A stretch of DNA of 64,000 nt from Chrysomallon squamiferum (taxonomy: Eukaryota > Animalia > Mollusca), in the NCBI GenBank assembly GCA_012295275.1, contig CM022666.1, positions 5,580,001-5,644,000 of the forward strand, given 5' to 3'. The translations under genes and the position numbers were made by a program. The notes below the pieces were generated by a model. That model had not been told where the DNA came from and made no database searches. It saw only the letters and a list, made by a program, of their open reading frames with translations. Positions 1-17,062 of this stretch are shown here, in pieces (position 1 is the stretch's first letter; the number at the start of each line of letters is the position of its first letter).

Positions 1-665
1 AGCTTGTTGTTTGACAAGGAACTGTGTGTGAAAATCTCGTGCAAACCAGGAGAAAACTGTTGTGATGACAAATCTACGACCAGAACCAGGAACAATATCA
101 CGTATTGCTGTTACAGAGATGGAGAAAAAGTGATAAGTGAAATTATGAAAAAGGTAAATTCTGTATTTAGTTCTAAAAACTTATATTCCATAAATACATT
201 AAATGGAAAAAAATATTGTTTTCTGTAGATATGAAATTAAGAAACAAGGTAATTCTCTATAAAAATAATAAAAAGTTAAATTCTTTAGAAATGAAATAAT
301 ATTTGAATTATGAAAAGGAGAAATTAATAGTGCTGAAAAATATTTATTTAGTTTCAAGTTGGTTATTCTTTGTAGAAACTGAGCGAAAGTCACACAAAAG
401 CTGAGAAAAGTGGTAAGTTAACAGAGACACATACACTCTCAGACATACATAAAAACACAAAGTCGCAGAAACACAGATACACACAAGAAAAGCCATAAAC
501 ACATACATACACAAACACAGACAGATACACAGAAAAGGATCTACACACAAACAGAAACATTCAGGCACTCATATTTAATTATCCACAAAAGTTTATATAA
601 TTATGTATTTGTATGTACGTGCATATTTGTGTATAGTCTAAGTATGTAAACATGTACAAATGTAT

Positions 666-717
<52 letters not shown>

Positions 718-1739
718 AGAACCAAAACTTAAGCACATCAGAGATGTCGCTGATCTTTTGAATTCAGATAATAAAAACATTGTGTACGAATCTATGTATG
801 TATGAATCTATATATTTATACATGTATCAGTAGTCTACATGTGTCTGTATATATATATATATATATATATTTCAGAACAAAAACTTAAACAGATCAGAGA
901 GGTCGCTAATCGTCTGAATAATGAAAACAATGTGAAGACATCAGCTCATCTACAAATGGATGTGAATGCAACATATGACGAAAGTAAGAAAACAAATAGT
1001 AGTAGCAGTAGTAGTAATAGTAGTAGCAGTAGTAGTAGTAGTAGTAGTAGTAGAGTAGTAGTAGTAGTAGTGGTAGTAGTAGTAGTAGTAAAGTAGTAGT
1101 ATTAGTAGCACTGGTAAAAGTAGTTGTAGTACTAACCACATAGTTATTAGTAGTGGTTAGGAAATAATAGAAGAAATTGTGATAACAATAGTATTAGCAC
1201 GTTAGTAGTAAAAATATCAATGATGGTACTAAAGTAGTTAATAGCAGGAGTTTGTAGTAGTTATACAAATATATTAGTAATTTTAACTACAACTGTTGAC
1301 GATTTAAAATAGAAATAATATTTAAAAATAATTTCTTCTTACAAACTTTTCAGACACACCGAAGCCTCTCATCAAATGGACGTCGTCTGGTAAAAGATCG
1401 TTTGTGAAAGGAGGTGTGGCTGTTCTCGCTGACGGGATTCAAGTCAAAGAAGCTGCTTACTACTTCATATACAGCAACGTTGTATTCCATGCCAACCAAG
1501 TCAGAGAACTGGAATTCTATAAGCTGTGTCACTCAATTGAAAAATATCCAAATTATGAAGTCCTCTACGAAAATCGTCAGTCAGTATGTAAAATACAAAG
1601 CAATGCAGGTTTTGTTCCTTCCTACATTGGAGCTGTTTACTACCTGAAAGCCAATGACACTGTAGTGGTGAGAACATCAGTTGTGAACAGAATTTTGAGA
1701 TATCCTGAGACAACCTACTTTGGCCTGTATATGCTTTGA
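1..1739 (+). CDS. TNF-superfamily ligand copy A, 5'-partial; join(<1..153,376..412,876..983,1354..1739)
   Basis: Canonical GT-AG introns in phases 0,1,1 give an open spliced frame. It contains the Cys stalk LCVKISCKPGENCC..YCCY, the SAHL strand-A motif, IKW, GIQVKEAAYYFIYSNVVF, SYIGAVYYLKANDTV and TYFGLYML*, all diagnostic of a TNF homology domain. Confidence 0.9.
376..412 (+). CDS. 37-nt micro-exon of TNF ligand A (KLSESHTKAEKS)
   Basis: ctttgtag|aaactgagc...aaagtg|gtaagt; phase 0 to 1 bridges the flanking exons; conserved in copies B and D. Confidence 0.8.
876..983 (+). CDS. 108-nt stalk/strand-A exon of TNF ligand A
   Basis: tttcag|aacaaaaactt...gacgaaa|gtaag; encodes EQKLKQIREVANRLNNENNVKTSAHLQMDVNATYDE. 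Confidence 0.85.
997..1105. repeat. (AGT)n tract at the start of the last TNF intron (also 21595-21745, 22930-23040, 51600-51700)
   Basis: Direct reading; positionally conserved after the 108-nt exon donor. Confidence 0.95.
1354..1739 (+). CDS. Terminal THD exon of TNF ligand A
   Basis: cttttcag acceptor, open to TGA, TNF beta-strand motifs; one codon shorter than B/C/D in the E-F loop. Confidence 0.92.
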
Positions 1740-1911
1740 AATTGTAACGAGAGGCCTGAATTATAACTGTTCATATACAATTTGTGTACGCCCACTGTAT
1801 CTATGGACTTGTATATATAAAACGAACCTTTTACTTTAACATTATCGTGAAACATTTATATTAGACATACTTGAATCTTTCTTTAAAGTCTTCAGTGGGG
1901 TATAATAATGA

Positions 1912-1943
<32 letters not shown>

Positions 1944-3004
1944 ATAATAATAATAATAATAATTTCTTGTTGTTTGTGATTTGTGATGTTGGTATATCTA
2001 ACCTTTTTACATTTATTTTTATATTTGTTCCATTACTAATTAGCTATGCTATTGGAATATGATTTAAAATGATTACATAATTGCTGGCGACACATGAACT
2101 GAATAAGAGTAATTAACAACGAAGCGCAGGAAGCCCCATTCAATCAGTACTGCAGTACTATGAGACATTATTACTGTACTATGAGACATTATTATTGTAT
2201 TGCAGTGCACAGAGCCACGCAGTTTGCCCAGGACAGATTTGTATCACTGGATCCCGTGAGTCATGAATACTAACAAGTAATAGATAATTTTCTGTTACTT
2301 GCTTGCAGTTACAAAATTACAAGATATTTTTGCAACACACTGGGTTTTCCACCCAAGCTATAAATAAGTTGTCAGGTCACTAGGTAAAGTTATCGACCGA
2401 ATTACTATTAGACGGATTTAGAAAGTATGAATGCACTATTATTGATATAAATAAATAGATCTGCTGTTGTGGTGTTCTTGTTATTGTTGTTGAAAATGAA
2501 TATGAACACCGATACATTTTTTAATTTTTATTATTATTATTGTGAAGGTCTGTTCATTAACAAAGCAGTAACTAGGTCACGAACGCCATTTGCAAGACAG
2601 TGCACCCATTCATAAGACTGTTTTAAAAATGAGTGTGTATGTTTGTGTGTTTCTTAAGATTAAGGATTCTGAGATATAATAAATAACTTTCTTCTAGAAC
2701 TGAGCTTTCCATCCAGGCTATACATTTTACTTCATAATCAGTAATAAATAAAGCTTGTAAAACATAAACAAAAAACAAGAAAAAAAAAAATGTAAAAAAA
2801 AGGCAAATGTATAATTAGTTAAAAACAATGGTAAAAAATAAATAAATATTAAAAAAAATGATTAAAATTAAAGTTAAAAAAAAATGTATCCCCTTATATA
2901 TGTGTGTGTGACCGCGCACAGTATGATAGTAAATGATAGTAAAAACACTATACACTATTGGAAAGCGTCCTAACGCTTGTTAATACGCATGCGCATTTAT
3001 TGAA

Positions 3005-3330
3005 AATTATGTCCAAACCGTGAATAAAATGTACGAAAAACTGGTTTGTTTCACTAATATTTATTCCCGATTCAACGCCCTGTTTTAGCCAATATAGCGC
3101 AGCCAACCAAAATGGTTCCGTTTTCAGGCTGTCTGAGCAAACCCATAAGGAGTAGTATTTCGGGCATTTTAAAGTTATGGGAATAAGAAGAAAGTAACGC
3201 GACAACTTTTTGTGAAGCAGTATTTCTGTATCTATATTTCTGGCAATCTGCCTTACATATCATCATAGTCATGTCCACTCCAAGAACAAAAGCTGTCCAA
3301 AACTAATCCTACATCTGCAAGTATTTGTAA
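3005..3330 (-). pseudogene. Relic R2, diverged paralog of R1 (also 25500-25830, 53900-54230)
   Basis: ITLKCPKYYSLW..TEPFWLAALYWLKQ..GINISETNQFFVHFI aligns by eye to R1 FSLSFPKTSRCW..TYPLCLLILYRPRK..GFISMPEIQTAVNVI. Confidence 0.35.
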
Positions 3331-3907
3331 AGAGGCATGCGCGGAGAAGTGACAGGAAGTTATTAATTAACATAATTTATATATATAATCATGCATTTCA
3401 TCAGACGTTGTTCTCTGCTTTTTAAATAAGATAATTTTTTGTAATAATTTCAGTTTTTATTATCTCTGACGTGTGAGGAACGTCGATTTATGTTTTTATG
3501 AGATGGAAGTATCAACAACGTAGAATGAAATTTACACATTTAGTCAAAAATACCTTATTGGTTACATGATTCGCTGCGATGGAGTGATCGTTGACTTTAA
3601 CGACGTCACTAAATACATTTTTAATCAACCGTTATATAACCCCATATTTACTGTTAAAGACCATATAGATATACATCGTAAGATAAAATTCTACTCCGCA
3701 AAACAATGCAGGATACTCTGTTTTGAGAAAAGCTAGGAATAATTGATATGCACATATATATATATATATGTTTATTTTTATATGAAATAAATAAACAGTA
3801 CAAGAAAAATAATTTTTTAATAAATCAATGGAAAATAAAATATATTACAGTCATTTATCTGATTATCACACAGTTAATATTTTGTTTCAGTTTTAGTTTT
3901 CATCCAG

Positions 3908-6248
<2,341 letters not shown>

Positions 6249-6273
6249 GTGATTACAGGATTGTAGTCTAACT

Positions 6274-6382
<109 letters not shown>

Positions 6383-7048
6383 TGTGTGCTGTATTCAGCG
6401 AATAAATAATCAAATATTACTGGTTTTCAATATAAATTGACTGATGAAAGTTAAATGAGTAATGAGTAATACAAGTTAAGTGTTCTTTATACAGTACATA
6501 CTCATGCATTGAAATTACCAGAGTAATAAATGTTTCTATATATGTTACATTTAAAATTTCATGTAAAATCTGCATAGTAAACAATATATTTAAAGCATTT
6601 GTTTTTGTTTTATCACAATAACACTTTTCTTTTTAGAAGCATTCCAGAATCATAAATATTATGGCTATTAATTTTATTTTCACTATTATCATCATCATCA
6701 TTATTCATTTTATTATGACTATCATAATTATCATTAACTTTATTACCACTGTCATCTTCATCATTATTACTACTGCTATGTTATTACTATATAATCATGA
6801 TTACTAGTATTATTCTTTCTACTACTCCTACCATTTATATTAGTGCTTCTGCTGTTATTATTCTTCTTTTGTTTTTCTTTTCTTTTTCAAATATCAAGTA
6901 AAATAAATGATAATATTTTTCAGCTCACTTTTCATTTATACACCAGTCAGTAACATGATATAATTTTTATTTTATGAAGGATAATTTCTATACTTTATAG
7001 ACAGTATGTTAAATATTGCTGTTGTATAACTATGTTCATATCAGATAC

Positions 7049-7079
<31 letters not shown>

Positions 7080-9025
7080 TACGTGCACATCCATACACAC
7101 ATATATCATTACTGAGTTTTAATAGTTGTACAGTCGCGATTGATGGTATAAAAATTATCCGTTTATCTTTAAAAGTAATCCTACCCGAGCAGTGTTTATA
7201 AACACTTCTAAGCGACGTAGTTTGTTCGAAATGCACTGTCAACGTGACATCAACAGTTTCTGTCTGTGAAATATTTACCTATGTGCCAAGTTATCTCATT
7301 TCTCTGTCTGCTTAATTCACGCTACTACTGTTCAGGGGTCGGCAACGTTTGGTCAGCCAACTGAACACTTGGACTCCAATTATTACTTTAACTTGGCCCT
7401 CGTCCAAAAACACACAGCTGACTGGCCCCCTCTCTTTTCTGTGCGTTCGCGTGCGTAGAATAGAACGTGACTTATTTGTACTGTTTTGTTTTTTGTTTAC
7501 TATTGTTGTTGTTGGGTTTTTTGGTCGTTTTATTGTTGTAGTTTTTCGTGTTTTTTCCCACCTGAACTCTGAACGTTAATATTAATAATAACAAGAACTA
7601 TAACGGTAACAACCAGCAATAAATGCACGTAGTTTATTTATGAACATTATGCAACTTTTAATTATTAATTTTGTAAGGCATGTCATCCTCTCGATAATAT
7701 TTTATTTTCTCAGAGCCAGTCAAAATGTGATTTGAAGGACAACGCGTCATCGGAAATAAAACAACAGTTTATGGGAAACTTAATTTTCTGTTTGTTTTCA
7801 ATTCAATATTATTATCTTCTAAAGTGCAGCTGTCTCTAACACATAATATAAAAATCATTTCATTAACGAAAAGGAAGTAAAAGGCAGTATATATTTCTGA
7901 AAGATCTGTCATTATTTTCCACTAGTCTTATTTTAATTGTTTGAACAAGTATTCTGTTGTTTGTGCAGTATCTGTTGCGCGCTTTTGTGTGTATGTGTGT
8001 GTGTGTGCGTGCGCGTGTATGTGTGTGGTTTTATTTATTATTTTACTTTATTTTTTGAAATAATGTTATTTATGTGTGTGTCTTTATCTTGGTATTAATA
8101 ACATTTTTATCTTGTTTGACACAGACTGTATCTAAATGAAAATGAAATATTAAACTCGATACTCATCTGTTTTATAAATACATTAAATGCAACAACAACC
8201 AAAGAAAAAAATAAGTTTTATATAGAAATAGGTAAATTCGATAAATTGGTTATTAACATTCTTTTTAGAAACTGAGTGAAACTCACAGAAAAGCTGAGAA
8301 AAGTGGAAAATTAATATTTATAATTTATCGATGAATTGAGCGTAAAAGGTGAATAAGTTTATCGATGAAGTGAGCGAACATCTGCTATAAACTTTATATA
8401 TTTATTTAATTATTTGTGTATTTGTTTGTTTATTTTTATTTGTTTATTTGTATTTGTTTATTTTACTGTATTTGTTTTATTTCATCTCATTTTATTATTT
8501 TTTCTGTTAATTAATTAATTTATTTCAATTTACTTTTTATCACTTTTTATATATTTTAAGTATTTTACTTTATTTATTTATTTATTAAATAAACAATTAA
8601 TATTTCATAATTTTTTGTGTTTTAAATTGAATTTTTATTTTTCTATATTTTTCGTTTTATAAAATAAAAGCTATTGCCTTGCAAATGAACCCACCTACCT
8701 ATACATAAAAAAACAAATTAAAAACAAGGTGTTCATTTTCATTTTCAGCAACAGTAACAACAACAACAACAAATTTATTTAATAATAATAATGTATTCAA
8801 ATTTTGTGAATCCGTCTATTAGTAATTCAGTGACGTAACATCTATTTATAGCCCAGTTCCAATGAGTATTCATTACACATCTGAAATCTTCAAGGGAGGT
8901 AAAAAGAAGCCAACAACATAGTGTTAATATGCTGTTATTAAAAATACTGGCAACTATTCAAAGAATCCGACTACAGTGTCAACAATATTTTAAATAATAT
9001 GTATGTGTGTCTGTCTGGGTATGAA

Positions 9026-9096
<71 letters not shown>

Positions 9097-10283
9097 TTAA
9101 CAAATTTAATAGAAAAAATATATAATCTCTATTTATATGCACCATAATAACTAAATAACAACAACAACAACAACAATAATAAATAAACGAATAAATAAAT
9201 AAATCAATAAATAAATAAATAAATAATAATAATAATATTAATTAATTAATTAATTAATTAATAACGGTTATAATAACGGTTATTATAATGGTTTTAAGAG
9301 TAAGGTAGTGAATCTAAGCTGCTCAACTTCAACAGAATAGAGTTGAGATAATAATAAACATTTTTATTCACTTGAACAATTTTATATATTTATAAAACGT
9401 AATGTATTCGTATGTGTATATACAGTGTCACTGACTTTCAGGTAGTCATCACCTCGAATGTAGGAAGCAAAAAAATATTTTTGGTATCTTCGTACTAAAG
9501 AATAATATGATAAAATGATCCCTGAGTATTCAAAGGCTGAGAAACATAAACAAAAAATCACTTCACTGGTAATATCTATTAAACAAAAGTATGAACATAT
9601 GCATAATCTAATAAGAAAGCATATATATATATATACACACCCTTTATTGTGCACTAGAACACAACAAACACAAGACACTTTTAAAACTGTATTCAATATA
9701 GCAGTAAAGAATCATATAGATGGGTAGAATGATTGTGATCGATCACAAGAATCACGTACGGGTTAATACAGAAGAGCAAACATATAATATCTAGTTACAG
9801 TGGACAGGACAGTTTCGCTCGAATTGTTCCACAGTTCTTCCCTCACAGAACAAAAAAATTATCTGGGTCCTTTATGAAAAAGGTACTCACGTTATTTGTC
9901 AACGTGTTCCCGACCTTGCATTGGCGTCTGTTGCCAGATCTTTCTGATAAACAAGAGTCAGTAACACCTACCTCTCCGTGGTGATAAAAAAGTCCAATTT
10001 TCAGTTAAGAAATATATTAGCAATGAAAGATAGATTAAACACATTTTGTTAATGTTCTTTGATTTTAATAATGATGGTTTAGGCTGATGTCCCACCCGAT
10101 ATCTCGAAGAAATTCTGACGCAGCATACACGAACACTTCATAACAGATTTTGATACGATCCTTATTGGTATGAATAATATTAAATATATATCTGATGCTA
10201 GAGCAAGCTGGTGAATATACAGTGAAACACATTTTAACATGGAACATTTTATAAATTATTTACAATAGGAAGCTCTTAGTTTA

Positions 10284-10515
10284 AATCTATCCTAATCAGT
10301 AAGCTGGACCCAAGCATCACCCCTGCACAATATGAAGACTCTTTCTTTAATCTATCCTAATCAGTAAGCTGGACACAAGCATCACCCCTGCACAATATGA
10401 AGACTCTTTCTTTAATCCTGCCTAATTAATAAGTGTAACAAGTCACCACCCCTGCACAGCATGAAACCTCTTTCTTTAATCTAACCTAACTGACCTAATC
10501 AGTAAGCTTAACAAT
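10284..10515. repeat. ~63-bp tandem repeat (also 17870-18030, 38780-38950)
   Basis: Unit aatctatcctaatcagtaagctggacccaagcatcacccctgcacaatatgaagactctttcttt. Confidence 0.85.
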
Positions 10516-10795
10516 TACCCCATGTAGACTATGATGCCACATTCAATACTCTGTAAATTCATATATTTTCTTATATATAAAAATTGTTACTTTTTTTCCA
10601 GCTGAATCAACAGTCATGATACAAGTAACGTTTACAAGTGGAAGATTCTTCTGTCACAGGCAGATATTTCTGAGACATTTCATATTCCTGGCCCTGTAGT
10701 AATAAATGGATAGCTACAGATATTCATCCCGATTATGTATAAATGTCCACCATGTGAAACACAGAATAAATCGTTTCCCTTTTGTTTTCTTCTTT

Positions 10796-10830
<35 letters not shown>

Positions 10831-11215
10831 TGGTTTGTTTGGTTACTTATTTTTATTTTTATTTTACTCTATCTTTGTTTATTTTATTTTAACCTACTAC
10901 AATTTTATTTCATTTATTTTATTGTTTTATCCTTTCCCTTTTCTTTTGTTTGTTTGTTTGTTTCTTTATTTATGGTTTGTTTTTATTTTATATTTTACTC
11001 CATTTATCTATTTTATTTTGTCTTACTATAATTTTATTTCATTTATTTTATTCTTTTAATTAATTAATTATTTTTTATATATCTTATTGTATTTATTTAT
11101 TTCACTTTACTTTTATCATTTTGTATTTTTATTTTATTTTTATCACTTTTTTCTTTTCATTTATTTTCTCTTATTTTATTTTTATTTTAGATTGATTTGA
11201 CTTTATTTCGCTCAT

Positions 11216-11262
<47 letters not shown>

Positions 11263-12087
11263 TTCGGCAGTCAACAGTCAGATACAAGTGACATTTACAA
11301 ACAGAAGATTCTTCTGTCACAGGTAGATATTTCTGATACATTTTATATTCCTGGCCCTGTACATATCTACTTACACAGTGCGTTCTGTGGAAAGTGACCG
11401 TTTCGCTCCAATTGTTCAACAGTTTTTCCCTAACGAAAACAAATATCTCATTTATTTTATTTTGTTTTATTTTCGTTTTGTTTTTATTCGATTTTACATT
11501 ATTTCGATCATTTGTTTATTTATTTATTTATGTATTTATTTGTTCGGCAGACTGAATCAACAGTCATGATACAAGTGACACTTACAAACTGAAGATTCTT
11601 CTGTCACAGGTAGATATTTCTGAGACATTTTATACTCCTGGCTCTGTAATAATAAATGGATGACTATACTTATTTATTCCGATTAGTTGTAAGATGACAA
11701 ATCCGGGCTGGAACTTTCCACTGTGTGATACACAGACTACATGTTTTCCTTTTGTTGTTTATGGCTTAGTTGACAGAGGAATAGAAATTACGCTGTACTC
11801 TTTATTTAACAATAACGACAAAAGCAACCGCAACAACAACTACTACTATTACTACCACAACTACAACAACAACTACTACTATTACTACTACTATTATAGC
11901 AATAACAACTATAATATGTAGCTTATTTATGAAGAATACCAACACACAAAAAAGACATATAATGACTTTGCTCATTTTATTCATAGTATATTAAATGACT
12001 ATACGAAATCTATAGCAAAAAATTAAAAAAGATAGAAGAAAAAAAATCAAGCAATAAATTTAAATAAAGCAGACGACATATCCTCTT

Positions 12088-12237
12088 AGCCAATCAAAAA
12101 TGATCGAGTGAGCTGGTAGAGAGAATATGATAAGATCTTTTCAAAAGTCGCTGATATAAAAATCAACGAAGCCTGTCATAGAGCGTAGACGTGCTTCACT
12201 CCATTGTGAACACAGAGTCAGCCTAATTTAGGTAGGT
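12088..12237 (+). promoter_or_regulatory. Paralogous CCAAT/TATA/exon-1 module (P1) with no adjacent intact coding exon
   Basis: CCAAT 12090, TATAAAAA 12155, donor ttag|GTAGGT at 12231. Confidence 0.55.
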
Positions 12238-12473
12238 AAATGTTTCACTTATTTCATAGGTTATATATATTTATATAAAATTATAATTTCACTTATTTCA
12301 TAGGTTATATATATTTATATAAAATTATAATTTCATTTATTTCATTGATTATAGATATTTATAAAAAAGTATTACTTCACCGATCATAGCTTATATATAT
12401 TTATATAAAATTATAATTTCACTATGCTGTTTAGGATTTATGCACGCCCTAATTTCATGTGTATAATATAATA

Positions 12474-13772
12474 TTAAGTGATATCACACCGACTTGTAAT
12501 ATTAAGCGATACTACATCGAAAATGCAAAATGCATGTGCAACCTTAATGTTCCAGTTCAATTTGCTGTATAGGATTTTTCCAGGCCCTAGTTTCACTTGT
12601 ATAATATTAAGTGATATTACTTCAACTTGAAAAAACAAAACATCGCGGTAAGGTCGATAAGTATCTAACACATGCGTTGGCAGGTAAAAATAATAACAGC
12701 CACAGAAAATACAGCACTCATTTATTTCGCTGGTACCTCGAAAATCGGCAATATGCACGTGCAAGTCGTGCCACTGGCAGCTTAATGTAACAGGTCTGTT
12801 GTTATAAAGCAGGAAAAGTGAGTTATCATATTCACGTTGCGATCTGTAAACAATAACGTTCAAGGCAGTTTGAATTTCTGGCATTGAGAGGAAACCAGCC
12901 CTGGACGAGATCTTTCGAGGACGATACAATATCAGCAAACAGAGCGGATATGTAGAATGAGGACCTGGCAAACTTTGACAGGTTTTTTCTGCCTTTGCAC
13001 TAAACCAACTAGCCAAGGTTTTGGGAACGGATAAAGAGAACATTACCTCAAGTTCTGTTTTCAGCCGAGTAAATGTTTCTACATAAGTGTTTCAAGAACC
13101 AGACGATCTACCTACGAAGGTGATTAAATGTGTTCTTCAAACTTTGACAGTACTTTAGTCAAGGTATTTTCCTTCTTGTTTGTGAAATCTGATGTCCGCT
13201 GGTTTACGAGAACATCGAACTTTCCGTTATTAAACCGTACCCGAGTTCACTAAGTGCTGTTGTTCCATTTTGAATTTTTCAGAATAAAAAATCTTTTAGT
13301 GATTTAATTAAATCATCAAAATCTATCGAGCGCGAACCTTTTTCTAACTTCGTAGAAAAATAAGATGATTTGGCAGTAGAAACTGCAAATAAGCCATCAT
13401 CGCCTTCGTTAGTAACCAGGTCAAAATACACCCACTTGACTGGATATTTATTTCACTTCACGGTATTCAATGTATCGTCACAGTTTTGTCTATACATTTG
13501 TTTTAAGAGAAAAAACAATATATTTATTTTTAATTATTTCTTTAAAATCCTACCTCTTTCCAGTGATATAAATAACTTCGGACGAAAAACTCTACTCCTT
13601 ACATTCCTCAACAATTGGAAACAAATTTTGTGGTATCAGATAGCAAGGTCTTCATCAGGAGGATTATCTGCTCCATTACACATCGCTGTGCTGTCATACT
13701 GTATTTCAGTGGTTTACTAGGCATTCACTGAAAATTGATAAATCAGGCCTCGCATTTTCAAAAGAGAAACCT
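12474..13772 (-). pseudogene. Decayed spliced gene relic, possible ZU5/UPA-like domain (type R1)
   Basis: Non-repetitive, relatively GC-richer segment with a 189-aa ORF, in-frame stops upstream and an apparent ag|gtagga...tatag intron at ~13495-13554; repeated at 40865-42135 and 49231-50120. Confidence 0.4.
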
Positions 13773-13802
13773 TTGGAGGGAGGGAAAGGGAGAGGGAGAG
13801 AG

Positions 13803-13869
<67 letters not shown>

Positions 13870-13875
<6 letters not shown>

Positions 13876-15411
13876 TGTGCTGTATTCAGTGAACAAATAT
13901 TTAAATATTACTGATTTTCTATATAAATAAACTGATGAAAGTTAAATGTTCACTAATTAGTTTATAATGAATAATACAAGATAAGTGGATGATCCAGTAA
14001 AAAAGGATTTTCTTTATACAGTATGTACTCATGCATTGAAATGATCAGAGTAATAAATGTTTATATATACGTTACATTTAAAATTTGATGTACAATTTGC
14101 ATAATAAGCAATCGATTTAAAGTATTTTTTTGTTTTATCACAATAAAACTTTTCGTTTTAGAAGCATTTCAGAATCGCAAATATTATTATTATTAATTTT
14201 ATTATTACTATCATCATCATCATCATCATTATTAATTTTATTATGACTATCATAATTATCATTAACTTTATTACCACTATCATCTTCATCATTATAACTA
14301 CTGCTATGTTATTACTATATAATCCTGATTACTAGTATTATTCTTTCTACTACTCCTACTATTTATATTAGTGGTGCTGCTGCTACAACTACTAATTTAT
14401 TAACTTTATCATCATCATCATCATTATAATTAGTTTTGTTTGCTGCTGTCATTGTTGTTAAATAAAGACTACAGCGTTACCTCTGGTCACCTGTTCATAA
14501 TTTTTATTACTTGGATAGTTACTTTAAATGTAGTACAAATGTCTTGTTCTGCATTTATCACTGTCTTTTCTTTTTTTGTCGTTTCTTTTTTTAATATCAA
14601 TTAAAATTAATGAGAATATTTTTCAACTCACTTTTCACTTATGCACCAGTCAGTGACATGATTTGATTTTGATTTTATGAAGCATAATTTGTATACTTTA
14701 TAGACAGTATGTTAAATATTGCTGTTATATAACCATGTTCATATCACATAATTACATATATATATATATATATATATACGTGCACACCCACACACACATA
14801 TATCATTACTGAGTTTTAATAGTTGTACAGTCGTCGTTGACGGTAACAATTTAAAAAGTCATCCGTTTATCTTTAAAAGTAATCCTACCCGAGCAGTGTT
14901 TATTTCACTTCTAAGCGACGTATTTTGTTCGAAATGCACTGTCAACGTGATATCAACAGTTTCTGTCTGTGAAATATTTACCTATGTCCCAAGATATCTC
15001 ATTTCTCTGTCTGCTTCATTCACGCTACTACTGTTCAGGGGTCGGCAACGTTTGGTCAGCCAACTGAACTCTTGGACTCCAATTATTACATTAACTTGGC
15101 CCTCGTCCAAAAACACCACAGCTGACTGGCCCCCCTCTCTTCTCTGTGTGTGTGTGCGTGTGCATGTGCATGTTCTTGTGCGTGTGCGTACGTGCGTGCG
15201 TTCGCGCGCGTTAATAGTATGTGACTTATTTGTACTGTTTTATTTTTTTGTTTATTATTGTTGTTTTTGTTTGTTTTTTTAGTTTGTTTTCTTGTGTTTT
15301 TGGGGTTTTATTTTGTTATTTTAATTATTAATTTTGTTTTCATGTTTGATTCTAAGCATGTCATCCTCTCCATTAGGCTATATTTTGTGATTTGAAGTAC
15401 AACGCGTCATC

Positions 15412-15446
<35 letters not shown>

Positions 15447-16824
15447 GTTTTATTTATTATTTTACTTTTATTTTTTGAAAGAATGTTATTTATGTGTGTA
15501 TCTTTATCTTGGTATTAATAACATTTTTATCTTGTTTGACACAGACTGTGCTTCTAAAGTAAAATGAAGTACTAAACTTGATAATCATCAGTTTTATAAA
15601 AACATTAAATGGAAAAAAATGAAAGAAAAGAAAGGAAGTTTTATATTGAAATAGGTAAATTCGATATAAAAATATTAAATAATTAAGTTCATTACAAATG
15701 AAATTAAATTCAAAATTGATTATAGTAGACGAGTTTCAAACTGGTTATTAACATTCTTTTTAGAAACTGAGTGCAAGTCATAGAAAAGCTGAGAAAAGTG
15801 GTAAATTAACAGAGACACAACCACAAATTGGTTTTGACATATTGGAAAAGTAAATTATAAAAGTGTTAAGTCTAAATGGAAGCAGAAGAGAAGAGAGAAT
15901 CTGAACACCACATGCACGTGTGACGTCTGCGTGTCAACTGATCAACACAGCTGAGAGAAGCTTTAGCGCGTGACTGAATGAAAAACGGACTTAAACACAT
16001 GCATTGTACCCGTTTGTACTATTTATTTCAAGCAACTAACTATTACATTTTTATTTATATAATTTGTAAAAAAGAAAAGATCGTTAAAGCGGGATATTTT
16101 TTTATTATATAATTATAATTTATCGAGGAATTGAGCGTAAAATGTGAAGAAGTTTATGGATGAATTGAGCGAACATCTGCCATAAACTTTATTTATTTAT
16201 TTAATTATTTGTTTGTTTGTTTGTTTATTTTTATTAGTTTACTTTACTGTATTTCTTTTATTTCATTTCATTTTATTATTTTTTTCTGTTAATAAATTTA
16301 TTTATTTCACTTTACTTTTTATCACTTTTTTTATTTTAGGTATTTTACTTTATTTATTTTTTTTTTTTATTTATTCATTTATTTAACTAAACAATTCATA
16401 TTTCATAATTGTTTGTGTTTTAAACTGAATTTTTATTGTTCTATATTTTTCATTTTATAAAATAAAAGCTATTGCCTTGCAAATGAACCCACCTAGCTAT
16501 ACATAAAAATAATTTTAAAAAGGTGTTCATTTTAATTTTCAACAACAGTAGCAACAACAACAAATTTATTTGATAATAATAATGTATTCAAACTTTGTGA
16601 ATCCGTTTATTAGTAATTCATTGACGTAACATCTATTTATAGCCCAGTTGAGGAATAAAATGAGTATTTATTACTTCTCGGAAATCTTCTTGGGAGGAAA
16701 AACCAAAGCTTAACATAGTCATAATATGCTGATATTCAAAAACACTGGCAATTAGTCAAAGAATCCTATTGGAGTATCAAAAATATTTTAAATAATATGT
16801 ATATGTATGTGTGTCTGGATATGG

Positions 16825-16878
<54 letters not shown>

Positions 16879-16996
16879 TTAACAAATTTAATTGAAAAAA
16901 ATGTATAATCTCTATTTATACGGACCAAAATAACTAACTAGCAACAACAACAACAACAATATTAAATAAACGAATAAATTAGCAAATAAATAAATA

Positions 16997-17062
<66 letters not shown>

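Noticed and set aside
1414-1713. Overlapping alternate-frame and antisense ORFs recurring over each THD exon
   Set aside because: Shadows of the conserved THD coding sequence; recurrence follows from paralogy
2948-3205. KCPKYYSLWVCSD as a piggyBac transposase motif (KP.KYG...W...D)
   Set aside because: Only a loose match, no TTAA-flanked TIRs or other catalytic motifs; it aligns better to relic R1. Not fully excluded without a search.
7333-7350. CAGGGGTCGGCAAC as a hAT transposon terminus
   Set aside because: No matching opposite TIR or TSD found; recurrence is explained by segmental duplication
10284-10515. Regular repeats (63-bp, 44-bp and 39-bp units) as a CRISPR-like array
   Set aside because: Head-to-tail tandem units without unique spacers, no cas genes, eukaryotic context
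10706-11059. Very hydrophobic F/Y/L/I ORFs resembling membrane or mitochondrial proteins (also 39371-39679, 47016-47201)
   Set aside because: Low-complexity (TTTA)n-derived sequence
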